Assembly: GCA_965248915.1 (NCBI GenBank)
Contig: OZ252216.1
Coordinates: 3,349,889 to 3,413,888, forward strand
Direction: 5' to 3'
DNA length: 64,000 bases
From: Alphaproteobacteria bacterium
GTDB taxonomy: Bacteria > Pseudomonadota > Alphaproteobacteria > M2410
This document shows, piece by piece, positions 19,640 to 29,452 of this stretch (positions are counted from its first letter, which is position 1; the number at the start of each line of letters is the position of its first letter). The position numbers and the translations under genes were made by a program. Below the pieces are notes generated by a model. The model saw only the letters and a list, made by a program, of their open reading frames with translations, did not search any database and was not told where the DNA came from.

Positions 19640-21220
19640 ATGACAGTTCAAGAGAAGACACCATCGTTCGACATCATAAGCGATTACGTCGAATACTATG
19701 CCAAAGAGCGGCCTGGTGCGGAAGCGATGGTTCTGAAAGACAGGTCGTTCGATTATCGCGAACTCAACGATATGATCGACAGAGGTTTGAAGTCTTTGAT
19801 AGCAATGGGTGTAAAAAAGGGTGACAGAGTTGCGACTCTTTCCAGTCCACATCCAGACTTTCTCATTCTATTTCTATCCTGCGCTTCGATTGGGGCGATT
19901 TGGATTGGACTTAACCCCAAATATACTCTTAGCGAACTCGGCTACGTTGTAGGTGACGCGGCGCCGACTCTCTTATTCGCACGGACACGCATTGAGGATC
20001 GAGACTTTCGAGACGAATTGAAAGAACTGGTGCGGTCCAATTCTTCCATCAGCGATGTTATCGTTCTCAATGGAGATCCTGGAATCGACGGAAGCATTTG
20101 CTTTGATACTTTTCTCGACAAAGGCAAGATGGTCTCGCAATCCGATGTTGACGAACGCCGCAATGCTGTGTTGCCAACCGATCCAGCCTTGATCGTTTAC
20201 ACTTCTGGTTCGACCGGCAAGCCCAAAGGCGCCTTGCTGCCCAACAAAGGACTGACCCATTGTTCGCGCATACAGATTGGTTATTGGCCTTGCGATCCAG
20301 TTCGGTTGGTGAATTTTCTACCGATTAATCACATTGGTTGCGTTGGAGACTTGTGCTGCTATGCGCTGGTCGCAGGCGGGGCGATCATATTCATGGAAAA
20401 GTATGATCCCATGGAAAGTCTCAGACTTCTCGCCGAGCAGAACATAACATGCTGGGGAGGTGTACCTACGACGATCCAGATGTGCGTCAACTTGCCTAAT
20501 TTCGACGAGTATGACCTTTCGAGCGTGCAAGTAATCGCTTGGTCTGGTGCGGCCGCGCCAGCTGAATTGGTCACCAGGCTTTCGAGAATCTCAAACAAAT
20601 TGAGTAACGCCTATGGCATGACTGAAACCGTGGGTTCGGTAACTTTCGTTGAGCTGTGTAATGACGTAGACGTCCTTGCCAACACGGTCGGTAAACCGGT
20701 TCCGGAGTACGATTTTCGAATTGCCGACCAAACAGGCAAGGAGTGTCCACAAGGTGTGGAGGGCGAAATCCAGGTTCGCGGTGACTTTGTCATGATCGCG
20801 TATTGGAACCGACCTGACGCGACAAGAGAAGCATTTACGGAGGATGGGTATCTCAAGACCGGCGACACGGCTGTCCAAAGAAAAGATGGAAATATCAAGA
20901 TAGTCGGGCGACTATCAGAGATGTACAAGTCGGGCGGTTACAACGTGTATCCACGCGAAATCGAAACCGCCCTTGAGGAATACCCAGGCGTCGCTATGGC
21001 CGCTGTGTTTGGCGTGTCGGATGAACTCTACGGTGAAACTGGTCGCGCCTATGTTCTACCTCAGCCGGGAGTACTATTGGATCAAAACGAGTTGAAAGAA
21101 CATTGCCGTCAGCGACTGGCAAACTACAAAATTCCAAAGAAAATTGTCATTGAGGCCGATTTACCAATGCTGCCGATTGGCAAGATTGATAAGCAATCAT
21201 TGCGCCAGCGCAGTGATTAG
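19640..21220 (+). CDS. AMP-dependent acyl-CoA synthetase/ligase
   Basis: YTSGSTGKPKGA AMP-binding motif, GDTAVQRKDGNIKIVGR, and the C-terminal lysine region PIGKIDK. Confidence 0.9.
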   Translation: MTVQEKTPSFDIISDYVEYYAKERPGAEAMVLKDRSFDYRELNDMIDRGLKSLIAMGVKKGDRVATLSSPHPDFLILFLSCASIGAIWIGLNPKYTLSELGYVVGDAAPTLLFARTRIEDRDFRDELKELVRSNSSISDVIVLNGDPGIDGSICFDTFLDKGKMVSQSDVDERRNAVLPTDPALIVYTSGSTGKPKGALLPNKGLTHCSRIQIGYWPCDPVRLVNFLPINHIGCVGDLCCYALVAGGAIIFMEKYDPMESLRLLAEQNITCWGGVPTTIQMCVNLPNFDEYDLSSVQVIAWSGAAAPAELVTRLSRISNKLSNAYGMTETVGSVTFVELCNDVDVLANTVGKPVPEYDFRIADQTGKECPQGVEGEIQVRGDFVMIAYWNRPDATREAFTEDGYLKTGDTAVQRKDGNIKIVGRLSEMYKSGGYNVYPREIETALEEYPGVAMAAVFGVSDELYGETGRAYVLPQPGVLLDQNELKEHCRQRLANYKIPKKIVIEADLPMLPIGKIDKQSLRQRSD

Positions 21221-21309
21221 ATCCAGTCCAGATGTTATTGCGGTCTTTTATCTATTGTCGCAGGAGGGATCGTCGCACAGTGGCAACTTCGGCGGCATAG
21301 CTTGCTAAG

Positions 21310-21876
21310 TCATTGGTTCTTCATTCGGGTCGCCATATGATCAAGATCACTAGGACAAGAGACAGGCTGTGCATCGATCAGAACAACGACCGCAGAGCAT
21401 TCCTGATCACTACGGTTTTCCCAGGAGTGTTTTGTCCCTCTTTGGACGACACAATCACCGCCGCGCAGCATGTATTCTCCGTCCTCCATAATCATCCATA
21501 GTTCGCCCTTCAAGACGACCATGTAATCGACGCTATCGGTCTTGTGCATCAAACCATGAGCGTTGCGATCACTCTCAGTTGGTTGGTTCTTGCTGCCGAT
21601 GTCGAGGAAGAATTTCTTCGCCTGTCCTTCGGATATCTCTGTCGCCGGCGGAAACCGCAAAAACCGGAACACCGTTCCACCATGTGATGGATCGTGTGTG
21701 AATGGCCGTAGGGAGAGATCCTTGCACCCGGAATTATCAGCGGGGGATTCGTGTGTTACCCAAATGTCAGCTCCTGAGATAAATCCGAAATCCTGAACAT
21801 TCGATGCGAAATCATCCATGATGACGGTCGACTTTCCATCCTCATTGTGGCCAGTGACAAACCGCTTTACTGCCAT
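21310..21876 (-). CDS. cupin-domain protein
   Basis: 188 aa. VVLKGELWMIMEDGEYMLRGGDCVVQRGTKHSWEN resembles the cupin_2 barrel motifs. Confidence 0.65.
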   Translation of the reverse strand: MAVKRFVTGHNEDGKSTVIMDDFASNVQDFGFISGADIWVTHESPADNSGCKDLSLRPFTHDPSHGGTVFRFLRFPPATEISEGQAKKFFLDIGSKNQPTESDRNAHGLMHKTDSVDYMVVLKGELWMIMEDGEYMLRGGDCVVQRGTKHSWENRSDQECSAVVVLIDAQPVSCPSDLDHMATRMKNQ

Positions 21877-21900
21877 TGCTATATCACCTTTTCCATCGTC

Positions 21901-22917
21901 TTATTTTGGGGGACTGATTATGGTGTTTTTCAAGATACCAATACCTTCAACTTCCAATTCGATTGTGTCACCGGCTGAAAGGAACTTACCCAATTCCAGG
22001 CCGCACCCTAGAGGAACTGTGCCGGAGCCAAGAATTTCTCCTGGGTGGATTGTCTGTGCACGGCTAACATAGGAAATGATGTCCTCAAATCGGAAGTCCA
22101 TTTGGTCCGTAGAGCCCTCCGACCAGACTTCACCATTGATGCGCGCGATCATTTTCATATTGTAGGGGTCAGGGAGCTCGTCCGCCGTGACGATACAGGG
22201 CCCCAGAACGCCGCCCGTATCGAAATCCTTGCTCTTGTTGACGCCAATCCCGGCAGCCATTTCCCTGACTTGGTAGTCACGGGCGCTGATATCGTTGAAG
22301 ATAGTGTAGCCAAATATGTGCTCACGCGCTCGGTCGACGGAAATATCGCAGCCGACCTTGCCAATGACGGCAGCAAACTCAAGTTCGTAGTCCATTAGTT
22401 TGGCGAAGCTGGGCCAGATAATGTCTTGGCCCGGCCCGATCACGGCCAGATTGTTGCACCGGTAGTAAACCGGATTCTTGAGCATGAATTCCGGCAATTC
22501 CTGCGCTGTGAGAAGACTGCTGGAATTTTCCAAGTGAGCCTTGGTCGCTTGTGGGTCCTTTGACTCCGCAATCATAATTTCAGCCAGGGCGGGCATGCTG
22601 TTGCGCATGTGATCGAGAAAGGCGATGCAGTCGCGAATCTGGATGGGCCGCGGTATTGGAGCGCGGAGCATCACAGTCGAACTACTGATCACGAATTCCG
22701 GCGCGTCGTCCATGGGGGTCTGTGCCAGGACCTCCTGAGCCATATCTAAGGCTTGTTGGCCACCCTCGATCAATGCCTGCATGGACGAGAAGAACGGGAC
22801 CGTCTTGCCGAGGTTTGTTTTGGCGGCGTCACTCAGATCAACAATTGCTGAATCTGATTGACACAACGCGCCGAGGCGATCACGACCGTTGCCATTTTGG
22901 AAAGTTACGAGTCTCAC
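21901..22917 (-). CDS. fumarylacetoacetate hydrolase (FAH) family protein
   Basis: ELEFAAVIGKVG...IFGYTIFNDISARDYQ and a GDTIELEVEGIG C-terminus are typical of the FAH fold. Confidence 0.85.
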   Translation of the reverse strand: MRLVTFQNGNGRDRLGALCQSDSAIVDLSDAAKTNLGKTVPFFSSMQALIEGGQQALDMAQEVLAQTPMDDAPEFVISSSTVMLRAPIPRPIQIRDCIAFLDHMRNSMPALAEIMIAESKDPQATKAHLENSSSLLTAQELPEFMLKNPVYYRCNNLAVIGPGQDIIWPSFAKLMDYELEFAAVIGKVGCDISVDRAREHIFGYTIFNDISARDYQVREMAAGIGVNKSKDFDTGGVLGPCIVTADELPDPYNMKMIARINGEVWSEGSTDQMDFRFEDIISYVSRAQTIHPGEILGSGTVPLGCGLELGKFLSAGDTIELEVEGIGILKNTIISPPK

Positions 22918-22954
22918 GTTGTATCAAGCTACCTTTTTTCTGACCTGCTCAGCA

Positions 22955-25291
22955 CTAGAACCGAACCGTTGCGAGGACTCCGAATTTAGCTGGCTCATTT
23001 ACAGCGCCGAGTGGGAAAGAACCCAAAGCAGAAACCTGTGTGATATGGCGCTCATCGAAAATGTTACTGCCAAAGAGAGACAGCTCGTAGCGATCACCAG
23101 CAGGTGTGAGTGTGAAACGCACATCGACCTCTTCCCATCCTTTCGAACGGAACGTGGACTGATCTTGGTCGGTTTCAGTAAAAAAGACGCTGGACTGATG
23201 CTGGAGACTGACCAACAGATTACCGGAACCCCAGTTGCCAATATCGAACGTGTAGTCGGCAGCCAGATAGAGCTGCCACTCCGGTGCTCGGCTCAGCTTG
23301 TTGCCATCAATACTGACTGGAACAAGTGGGATAGGGGCGCCAATTGGAAACAACAAGCTGTCAGGAACAGCACTCAATTGACCGCCTTGAAACTCGGTAT
23401 GCAGATAGGTCACATTTCCAGTTAACCGAAGCCCGTCAACCGGCAATGCTGTGACCTCCAGTTCGAATCCTGCAATTTCTGCGGCAGGCGCGTTTTCTAT
23501 GATGGCACCACCTGTAGGCACCGGCCGTCTAACCTGCAGATCGGTGTAATCGCTGTAGAATACGGCTAAGTTTGTGCGCAGGAGGTTGTCGAGAAAGTCC
23601 CCCTTCAGTCCGACCTCGATTGTTTCAACGCTTTCGGGCCGAAAGGCAGGGACAAGACCAAAGGAATTGAAACCTCCCGACTTGAATCCTTGCGAGTAGC
23701 TGGCATAAACCAGCATTTCGTCCGACACTTGAAAATCAACCACAGCACGACCAGTAAAATCGTCCCAACTTTCGTCATCCGTGAAGGTTGTTGGTGGAAC
23801 CAAAACAGCGCCTGCGGGGAGTGTCAATCCGCCGAGCGGTGGCGGAACGAACGCAGGTACGGTTCCGCCATTTAGGATGAAAACGACCTGGTTGTTTTCG
23901 AAGTCTTTGTCTTCGTGGCTGAACCGGCCTCCAAAGCGTAGTGTCAATCGCTCAGTGGTGTGAATTGACACGTCGGCGAAGGCTGCATATGCATCCAGAT
24001 CTTGGAAGGCGTCGAAAATGGCGTTTGTACCGAGCCCAAAGAAGCCGTTGATATTGTGGATTTCCAGAGGGCTCATGGCGTTATCTTCATGGAGATAATG
24101 CGCGCCGACAACCCACTCGACACGCTGCTCACCGTTTGAGCGCAGGCGAATCTCCTGGCTGTATTGCTCGTTTTCGAAACGACCGTTGTTGTTGAAATTG
24201 GAAAAACCGCTACCGTCGGAGTCTTGCGCACCGTCGAGCTCCCAACTTCTGAATCCGCTTAGCAGATCCAGTACGACAGAGCCCAAATCCCAGTTTATTG
24301 CTAGTGTGGAACTCCAGGTTTCGGAGTTAGCAAATTGAGGGTCGTTGATGGCGTAGTTGTCGCTATCGAGCATCTGGTCAAGGTCAGGTCGCACGACAAA
24401 GGGAGAAGAGGCTAAGGGGTTATTGATATCGGCAATCTGGAAAGTAAGCGGGACGGCGTTGCGTTTTTGGTACTCGTTTATCAAGTCAATGTTCACGTTT
24501 TCGCTGGCCAGGAATCTAAGCCGCAGTCTGGCCGTAAAATCCTCCGAGCCACCAAGGTCGCTGCCATCGACGATGTTCTTGCCGAAGCCAGAGCGGTCCG
24601 AAAAAGACGCGGCGGCCCGAGCCAATAGTCGATCCGTAACGAGTGCACCCGACACGACGCCCGACACCCGCCATTCGTCCAAGCTCGCCCAACCTGCACT
24701 CACGCGGCCTTCAAATTCTTCCGTCGGTGTCGCCGTATTGACCAGTAAAGCACCAGCAGTCGAGTTTCGACCATAGAGCGTGCCTTGTGGTCCACGGACC
24801 ACTTCGATCGATGAAATGTCGACCAGGTCGGCAGTTGAGAAACTCAATCGGCCAATATAAACACCGTCCACATAAACGGCGACAGGTTCGTCTGCGAATA
24901 TGTTCGCCCCGCCGTTGGCGCCGCCAATGCCTCTAATGCTGAGCGGAGCTTGCGAATAGGCGACAGAATTTGTGGTTACAAACCCCGGCACCAACCCGTT
25001 CAGGTCTTCCAAAGTGTGTACATCTTTCTCAACCAAAAAATCGCCGGTCAAAGGTGTGATGGCAATGGGTACATCTTGGCTACTTTCAGAGCGCCGCTGA
25101 GCAGTAACGACGACCTCCTCGAGTAGTATTTGTCTGTCATTGGATTGCGCCACCGCAACTGATAAGCCGCCCGTGCTCAGCAGGCATGAGGCGGCACCTA
25201 GACTGACAAGATATTTGAGCTTGCGAACCAGGCCCAAGTAGTTTCCACCCACAGGAGGTGAAAAGGCGAACGTAAATGGGGTCATAGACAT
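22955..25291 (-). CDS. TonB-dependent receptor
   Basis: Plug motif EEVVVTAQRRSESSQDVPIAITPL and C-terminal ...LATVRF. Start placed at the ATG of MSMTPFTF; the ORF track starts at a TTG at 25315. Confidence 0.9.
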   Translation of the reverse strand: MSMTPFTFAFSPPVGGNYLGLVRKLKYLVSLGAASCLLSTGGLSVAVAQSNDRQILLEEVVVTAQRRSESSQDVPIAITPLTGDFLVEKDVHTLEDLNGLVPGFVTTNSVAYSQAPLSIRGIGGANGGANIFADEPVAVYVDGVYIGRLSFSTADLVDISSIEVVRGPQGTLYGRNSTAGALLVNTATPTEEFEGRVSAGWASLDEWRVSGVVSGALVTDRLLARAAASFSDRSGFGKNIVDGSDLGGSEDFTARLRLRFLASENVNIDLINEYQKRNAVPLTFQIADINNPLASSPFVVRPDLDQMLDSDNYAINDPQFANSETWSSTLAINWDLGSVVLDLLSGFRSWELDGAQDSDGSGFSNFNNNGRFENEQYSQEIRLRSNGEQRVEWVVGAHYLHEDNAMSPLEIHNINGFFGLGTNAIFDAFQDLDAYAAFADVSIHTTERLTLRFGGRFSHEDKDFENNQVVFILNGGTVPAFVPPPLGGLTLPAGAVLVPPTTFTDDESWDDFTGRAVVDFQVSDEMLVYASYSQGFKSGGFNSFGLVPAFRPESVETIEVGLKGDFLDNLLRTNLAVFYSDYTDLQVRRPVPTGGAIIENAPAAEIAGFELEVTALPVDGLRLTGNVTYLHTEFQGGQLSAVPDSLLFPIGAPIPLVPVSIDGNKLSRAPEWQLYLAADYTFDIGNWGSGNLLVSLQHQSSVFFTETDQDQSTFRSKGWEEVDVRFTLTPAGDRYELSLFGSNIFDERHITQVSALGSFPLGAVNEPAKFGVLATVRF

Positions 25292-25371
25292 CACAGCACT
25301 CCTCGTATTGGTCAACGCAAAGCCGAAGTTAAGGAGGATAATTCAAAAAATAGTCAAAAGTAAAGTTTTAT

Positions 25372-25387
25372 TTAGTCACATGACTAA
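25372..25387. promoter_or_regulatory. 16-bp perfect palindrome TTAGTCA-CA-TGACTAA, candidate operator
   Basis: Lies about 80 bp upstream of the receptor start, between the receptor and the TetR gene. An extra TAGTCA hexamer is at 25351-25356. Confidence 0.35.
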
Positions 25388-25479
25388 GATTGTTTTATAA
25401 TTTTTGCCAACAGTCTATGGTTACTGGCCGCGGTATTCACGAACAGTCTGGGTATTCCAACCAGGGCAAAAACTGCGAA

Positions 25480-26133
25480 TCATGACTTCGAAATGGAGCA
25501 GGCAGCACTTATTCCAGCCACACAAAACGCAATAATTACCTCTCGTGCGTGAGTGTCCTTGCCGGGCTTTCTTTTCTTCATCACCGATTCAAATCGCCCA
25601 GCATCAGAAAAGGTAGTGATCATCGTGGAAACCATCAGCTCGTATGCAAAATAGACGTCGCTTGAATCAGCTTCCGGCAATGCTCTACGCAATAACAACG
25701 CCATTCGATGAGCCGTCGGATCAAAGTACCGACTGGTCACGTCCTTCCATTCTTGCAGTGCTGTCATCTGGGCAATGAGCTTGACATAGTTGCGCCAACC
25801 CTCAGTGCCGGTGAGACGAAGCTCAAACACCGGCTCAATAAAACAAGCGACAATTGCCTCTAGCGATGGATTTCCGGGGGAAGCATCTCGCTCCGCTTCG
25901 TCCAGCCGCTCAGCCCGCTTCTCGGACAACAAGTTTGCCCTCCTGGCAATGGTGTGCTCGAAGAGATCTGTCTTTTTTCCAAAATGGTATTGGACAAGAG
26001 CCAGTTCGACCCCGGCCTCTTTTGCCACAGCGCGCATGGACGTTCCGTGAAAACCCATGTGTGCAAATAGGGCTTCTGCCGCATCGAGAATCGCAGTCTG
26101 TTTTGAGTTTCTTTTGGTCTTGACCATTTGCAT
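25480..26133 (-). CDS. TetR-family transcriptional regulator
   Basis: AILDAAEALFAHMGFHGTSMRAVAKEAGVELALVQYHFGKKTDLF HTH region. Confidence 0.85.
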   Translation of the reverse strand: MQMVKTKRNSKQTAILDAAEALFAHMGFHGTSMRAVAKEAGVELALVQYHFGKKTDLFEHTIARRANLLSEKRAERLDEAERDASPGNPSLEAIVACFIEPVFELRLTGTEGWRNYVKLIAQMTALQEWKDVTSRYFDPTAHRMALLLRRALPEADSSDVYFAYELMVSTMITTFSDAGRFESVMKKRKPGKDTHAREVIIAFCVAGISAACSISKS

Positions 26134-26278
26134 TTGCCTGTCCGGCGTACTCTCATTTGATAATATCAGGATAATAAGATCGCGATATTACCTATTGTAA
26201 TTCCGCCAACACGAGCAACTTTACACAATCGCATGCACTAATAAACACTTTACATTTACCCTTTTAAAACTATACGTA

Positions 26279-26298
26279 TGACTATGAAAGATTAGTCA
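26279..26298. promoter_or_regulatory. inverted repeat TGACTA-N8-TAGTCA, sharing its hexamer with the 25372 palindrome
   Basis: Located in the divergent region between the TetR gene (start 26133) and the OsmC-like gene (start 26347). Confidence 0.3.
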
Positions 26299-26346
26299 AT
26301 TGTATCACAACAATAGCAACTGAGAAAGATGCGGGGTAATTTGTCA

Positions 26347-26841
26347 ATGTCCGTGACCTCAAAGATTCACGAAGTGGTTTTTCGCTGCCAGGGTAGGGCG
26401 GAGGGCAAAATGCGTAGCGCTCTCAGTGTAAGAATGGAAAAGCCATGGTCTGAAACCTATGAGCTGGCAACCGATGAAAGCAAAAGACTGGGCGGTGAAG
26501 GAACTGCCCCGCCACCGCTTGCCTTGTTTGTCGCCAGTCTTGTGGGCTGTCTTATGACTCAGATTAGGTCGGTCGCCAAGCAATGGACTTTTGGGCTTGA
26601 GAAATTAGCAGTAGAAGCGCTTGTCGAATGGGAGGCCGAACAGATCGGCAATAGTCCTTACACGGCGATGCCAAAAGAAATTTCTCTTCAAATCGATGTG
26701 TCTAGCGATGCCCCCCAAGGAGAGGTAAGAAAACTAATAGAGGATGCGCGAAAGTCATGCTTTATCGAACAAACGCTAGGATGCAAGAATGTGATACGGC
26801 ACCGTCTGAGAAGTGAAGACGGTGGGTGGATTGAAATCTAG
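26347..26841 (+). CDS. OsmC/Ohr-family protein
   Basis: ATDESKRLGGEGTAPPPLALFVASLVGCLMTQ matches the OsmC core with its conserved Cys. Start placed at MSVTSK. Confidence 0.7.
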   Translation: MSVTSKIHEVVFRCQGRAEGKMRSALSVRMEKPWSETYELATDESKRLGGEGTAPPPLALFVASLVGCLMTQIRSVAKQWTFGLEKLAVEALVEWEAEQIGNSPYTAMPKEISLQIDVSSDAPQGEVRKLIEDARKSCFIEQTLGCKNVIRHRLRSEDGGWIEI

Positions 26842-26952
26842 TGCGATCCTTGGATGACACCACTATGCAATCGGTCCCATCAATCGATTGTAGGTCGGAG
26901 GGTTACATCTTAGACTTCAGGGATGGTCTGAACGGAAAGGTTCACAACGCCC

Positions 26953-27195
26953 TCATCCGCCCTTGATTCGCGGGATCAGAAAGACATCGGCGTGTGCCGG
27001 AATCGGCTGTGTCCAGTCGTCACGGTAGATGTCGCCATTGATCGACACGGCTATCCCTTCATCTATGTGATCCTGCATTTCTGGATAGCGTTCAACCAGC
27101 GCGGTAAGCAGTCCATGGATCGTCGATGCTTCGACGTCAATCGTAGCGGCACCGCCAGCTCCGGATCGAAGAGTGCCCGTCAAGCTAACTCGCAT
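26953..27195 (-). CDS. MoaD/ThiS-family ubiquitin-like small protein with C-terminal Gly-Gly
   Basis: 80 aa from MRVSLTG..., ending ...DVFLIPRIKGG*. The start overlaps the last 11 nt of the molybdoenzyme large-subunit gene. Confidence 0.6.
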   Translation of the reverse strand: MRVSLTGTLRSGAGGAATIDVEASTIHGLLTALVERYPEMQDHIDEGIAVSINGDIYRDDWTQPIPAHADVFLIPRIKGG

Positions 27196-29452
27196 GGCTT
27201 GCGTCATCAATGGCCTCAAGAACGCGTGGAGGCGACATCGGCACTTGCGTCAGTCGAACACCGACAGCATCGGCGATCGCATTACCAACCGCTGCAAGGG
27301 GTGGAACGATGGAAGTCTCCCCGACGCCGCGTATGCCATAGGGATGATTTGGATTCGGAATTTCAAGGATCATTGTATCGATGAAGGGCAGATCCGAACA
27401 CACAGGAATGCGATAATCGAGAAATCCCGGATTCTGCAAAACCCCATCCTTCCCATAGACATATTCCTCGTTGAGTGCCCATCCTATACCCTGAGCGGCA
27501 GCGCCTTGAAACTGGCCTTCAACATAGTCGGGGTGAATTGCCTTGCCCGCATCTTGAACCACCGTGTAACGAATAACCTTACTGGCTCCGGTTTCGGGAT
27601 CGACCTCAATATCGCAGATGTGGCTCGCAAATCCAACACCAGCACCATCTGCGGTGACTTCATTGTGGCCAGCGATGGGGCCGCCCGTTCTGTGTGATCG
27701 CGCTGCAATTTCTTTCAGGGACAATGTCGGGAGATTGCCATGCTTCTTGCCTGTGGCTCTGGCCTCGCCATTTTCCCAGGTGACGTCTTCAATCGGAATA
27801 TCCCACATTTTTGCGGCGCGCTCCTTCAACACGTCAATTGCCTCGCGTGCGGCGAATATGGTCGCCATGCCCGAAGAGAAAGTGCCGCGGCTGCCTTCGG
27901 TCGTGTCATTGTGCCCGAGAGAAGCTGAATCGCCGATGCTGGCCTTGACCTGTTCATAGGCAACGCCCAGTTCCTCCGCAGCAATCATGGCCAAAGACGC
28001 GCGTGAACCGCCAACATCGACCGTCCCGACCGTAAGATTGACGGTTCCGTCGGTACCAATATTAAGGTCTGTGCACGTCTGACCGCCAATGTTGAACCAG
28101 AAGCCGCAAGCAACACCGCGGCCCTGGTTCTTCTTGAGCCGAATTTTCATGTGCGGATGGTCCCTCACTGCTTCCAGCGTCGGTTCAATTCCGATCGGAC
28201 CGTAAATGGGACCATAAGGCGCACGGGTGCCTTCTCTGGCAACGTTCTTGAGGCGGAAGTCAACGGGGTCCATGCCAATCTCTTTGGCTAACATATCCAT
28301 CGTGCTCTCGATCGCAAAGGCCGCCATTGGTGCCGACGGGGCCCGGTAGGCCGTACTCTTTGGTCGATTAACGACGACATCCCAGCCTATGGTCTTCATG
28401 TTCTTGATGTCATAACAGGCAAACCCGGTCATGCAGCCAAGCATCGCCCACTGTCCCGGAAACGCACCGCCCTGATATCGCATCTCTGCAACGGCGGCTG
28501 TAATGGTCCCATCCTTCTTTGCGCCAATCTTGACATCAATCGATGTCGACGATGTTGGTCCGGTTGCCCTGAAGACCTCATCGCGGTCCATCACCAGCTT
28601 GACGGGCCTGTTCGCCTTGCGCGAAAGAGCAAGGGCAACCGGTTCCGTCCAGACATGGGTCTTGCCTCCAAAACCACCACCGATTTCCGATGACGTGGTC
28701 TTGAGCGCGGCGAAGTCCAACCCCAACAGCGCAGCACAGGTGTTGCGGAAAGAAAAATGTCCCTGGGTTGTGACCCAGAGTTCTGAGGTCCCGTCAGGAT
28801 TGACCGATGCGAGGCATGCATGGGGCTCAATATACCCCTGGTGTGTCTGGCCGGTCTTGAATGACTTCTCGGTAATAACGTCTGCGTCCTCAAATCCTGT
28901 TTCGACGTCTCCGTTGCCCATCTGCGTTCGGGCGGCAATGTTCGAGGGCTTTTCCGGTTTCGGATCAACGCCTGAAGTGAAGATCCAGTCATGAAGTACC
29001 GGCGCGTCGGGTTTCATTGCCTCGTCCACATCAGTGACGTGGGGGAGTACCTTATAGTCGATCTCGATAAGCTTGAGGGCCTTCTGGGCCGTCCGTTCGT
29101 CGATGGCTGCAACTGCGGCAACAGCGTGGCCGTCGTAAAGTGCCCGGCCTCTGGCCATGCAGTTCTCAAGAATGTTTTGCAATCCAATGTCACCATTTGT
29201 GAGATCGGGAAGATCTTTCGATGTAATGACGGCCTTAACGCCCTTGAGCTTTTCCGCTTTGGAGGTATTGATCTTCCTGATTTTCGCGTGGGCATGAGGC
29301 GAGCGCAGAATGCGGCCAACAAGCTGGCCTGGAGCAAAAGTGTCCGCACCAAAGCGAGCCTTGCCGGTAACCTTGTCCACTCCATCGGGACGCTTGAACC
29401 GGTTGCCGATAACAACAAATTTGCGCTCTAGGAAACTATTGTCATGGGTCAT
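27185..29452 (-). CDS. xanthine dehydrogenase/aldehyde oxidase-family molybdopterin-binding large subunit
   Basis: 755 aa. N-terminal RPDGVDKVTGKARFGAD hammerhead region plus conserved Mo-domain blocks (GGGFGGK, AYRAPS). Confidence 0.9.
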   Translation of the reverse strand: MTHDNSFLERKFVVIGNRFKRPDGVDKVTGKARFGADTFAPGQLVGRILRSPHAHAKIRKINTSKAEKLKGVKAVITSKDLPDLTNGDIGLQNILENCMARGRALYDGHAVAAVAAIDERTAQKALKLIEIDYKVLPHVTDVDEAMKPDAPVLHDWIFTSGVDPKPEKPSNIAARTQMGNGDVETGFEDADVITEKSFKTGQTHQGYIEPHACLASVNPDGTSELWVTTQGHFSFRNTCAALLGLDFAALKTTSSEIGGGFGGKTHVWTEPVALALSRKANRPVKLVMDRDEVFRATGPTSSTSIDVKIGAKKDGTITAAVAEMRYQGGAFPGQWAMLGCMTGFACYDIKNMKTIGWDVVVNRPKSTAYRAPSAPMAAFAIESTMDMLAKEIGMDPVDFRLKNVAREGTRAPYGPIYGPIGIEPTLEAVRDHPHMKIRLKKNQGRGVACGFWFNIGGQTCTDLNIGTDGTVNLTVGTVDVGGSRASLAMIAAEELGVAYEQVKASIGDSASLGHNDTTEGSRGTFSSGMATIFAAREAIDVLKERAAKMWDIPIEDVTWENGEARATGKKHGNLPTLSLKEIAARSHRTGGPIAGHNEVTADGAGVGFASHICDIEVDPETGASKVIRYTVVQDAGKAIHPDYVEGQFQGAAAQGIGWALNEEYVYGKDGVLQNPGFLDYRIPVCSDLPFIDTMILEIPNPNHPYGIRGVGETSIVPPLAAVGNAIADAVGVRLTQVPMSPPRVLEAIDDASHAS

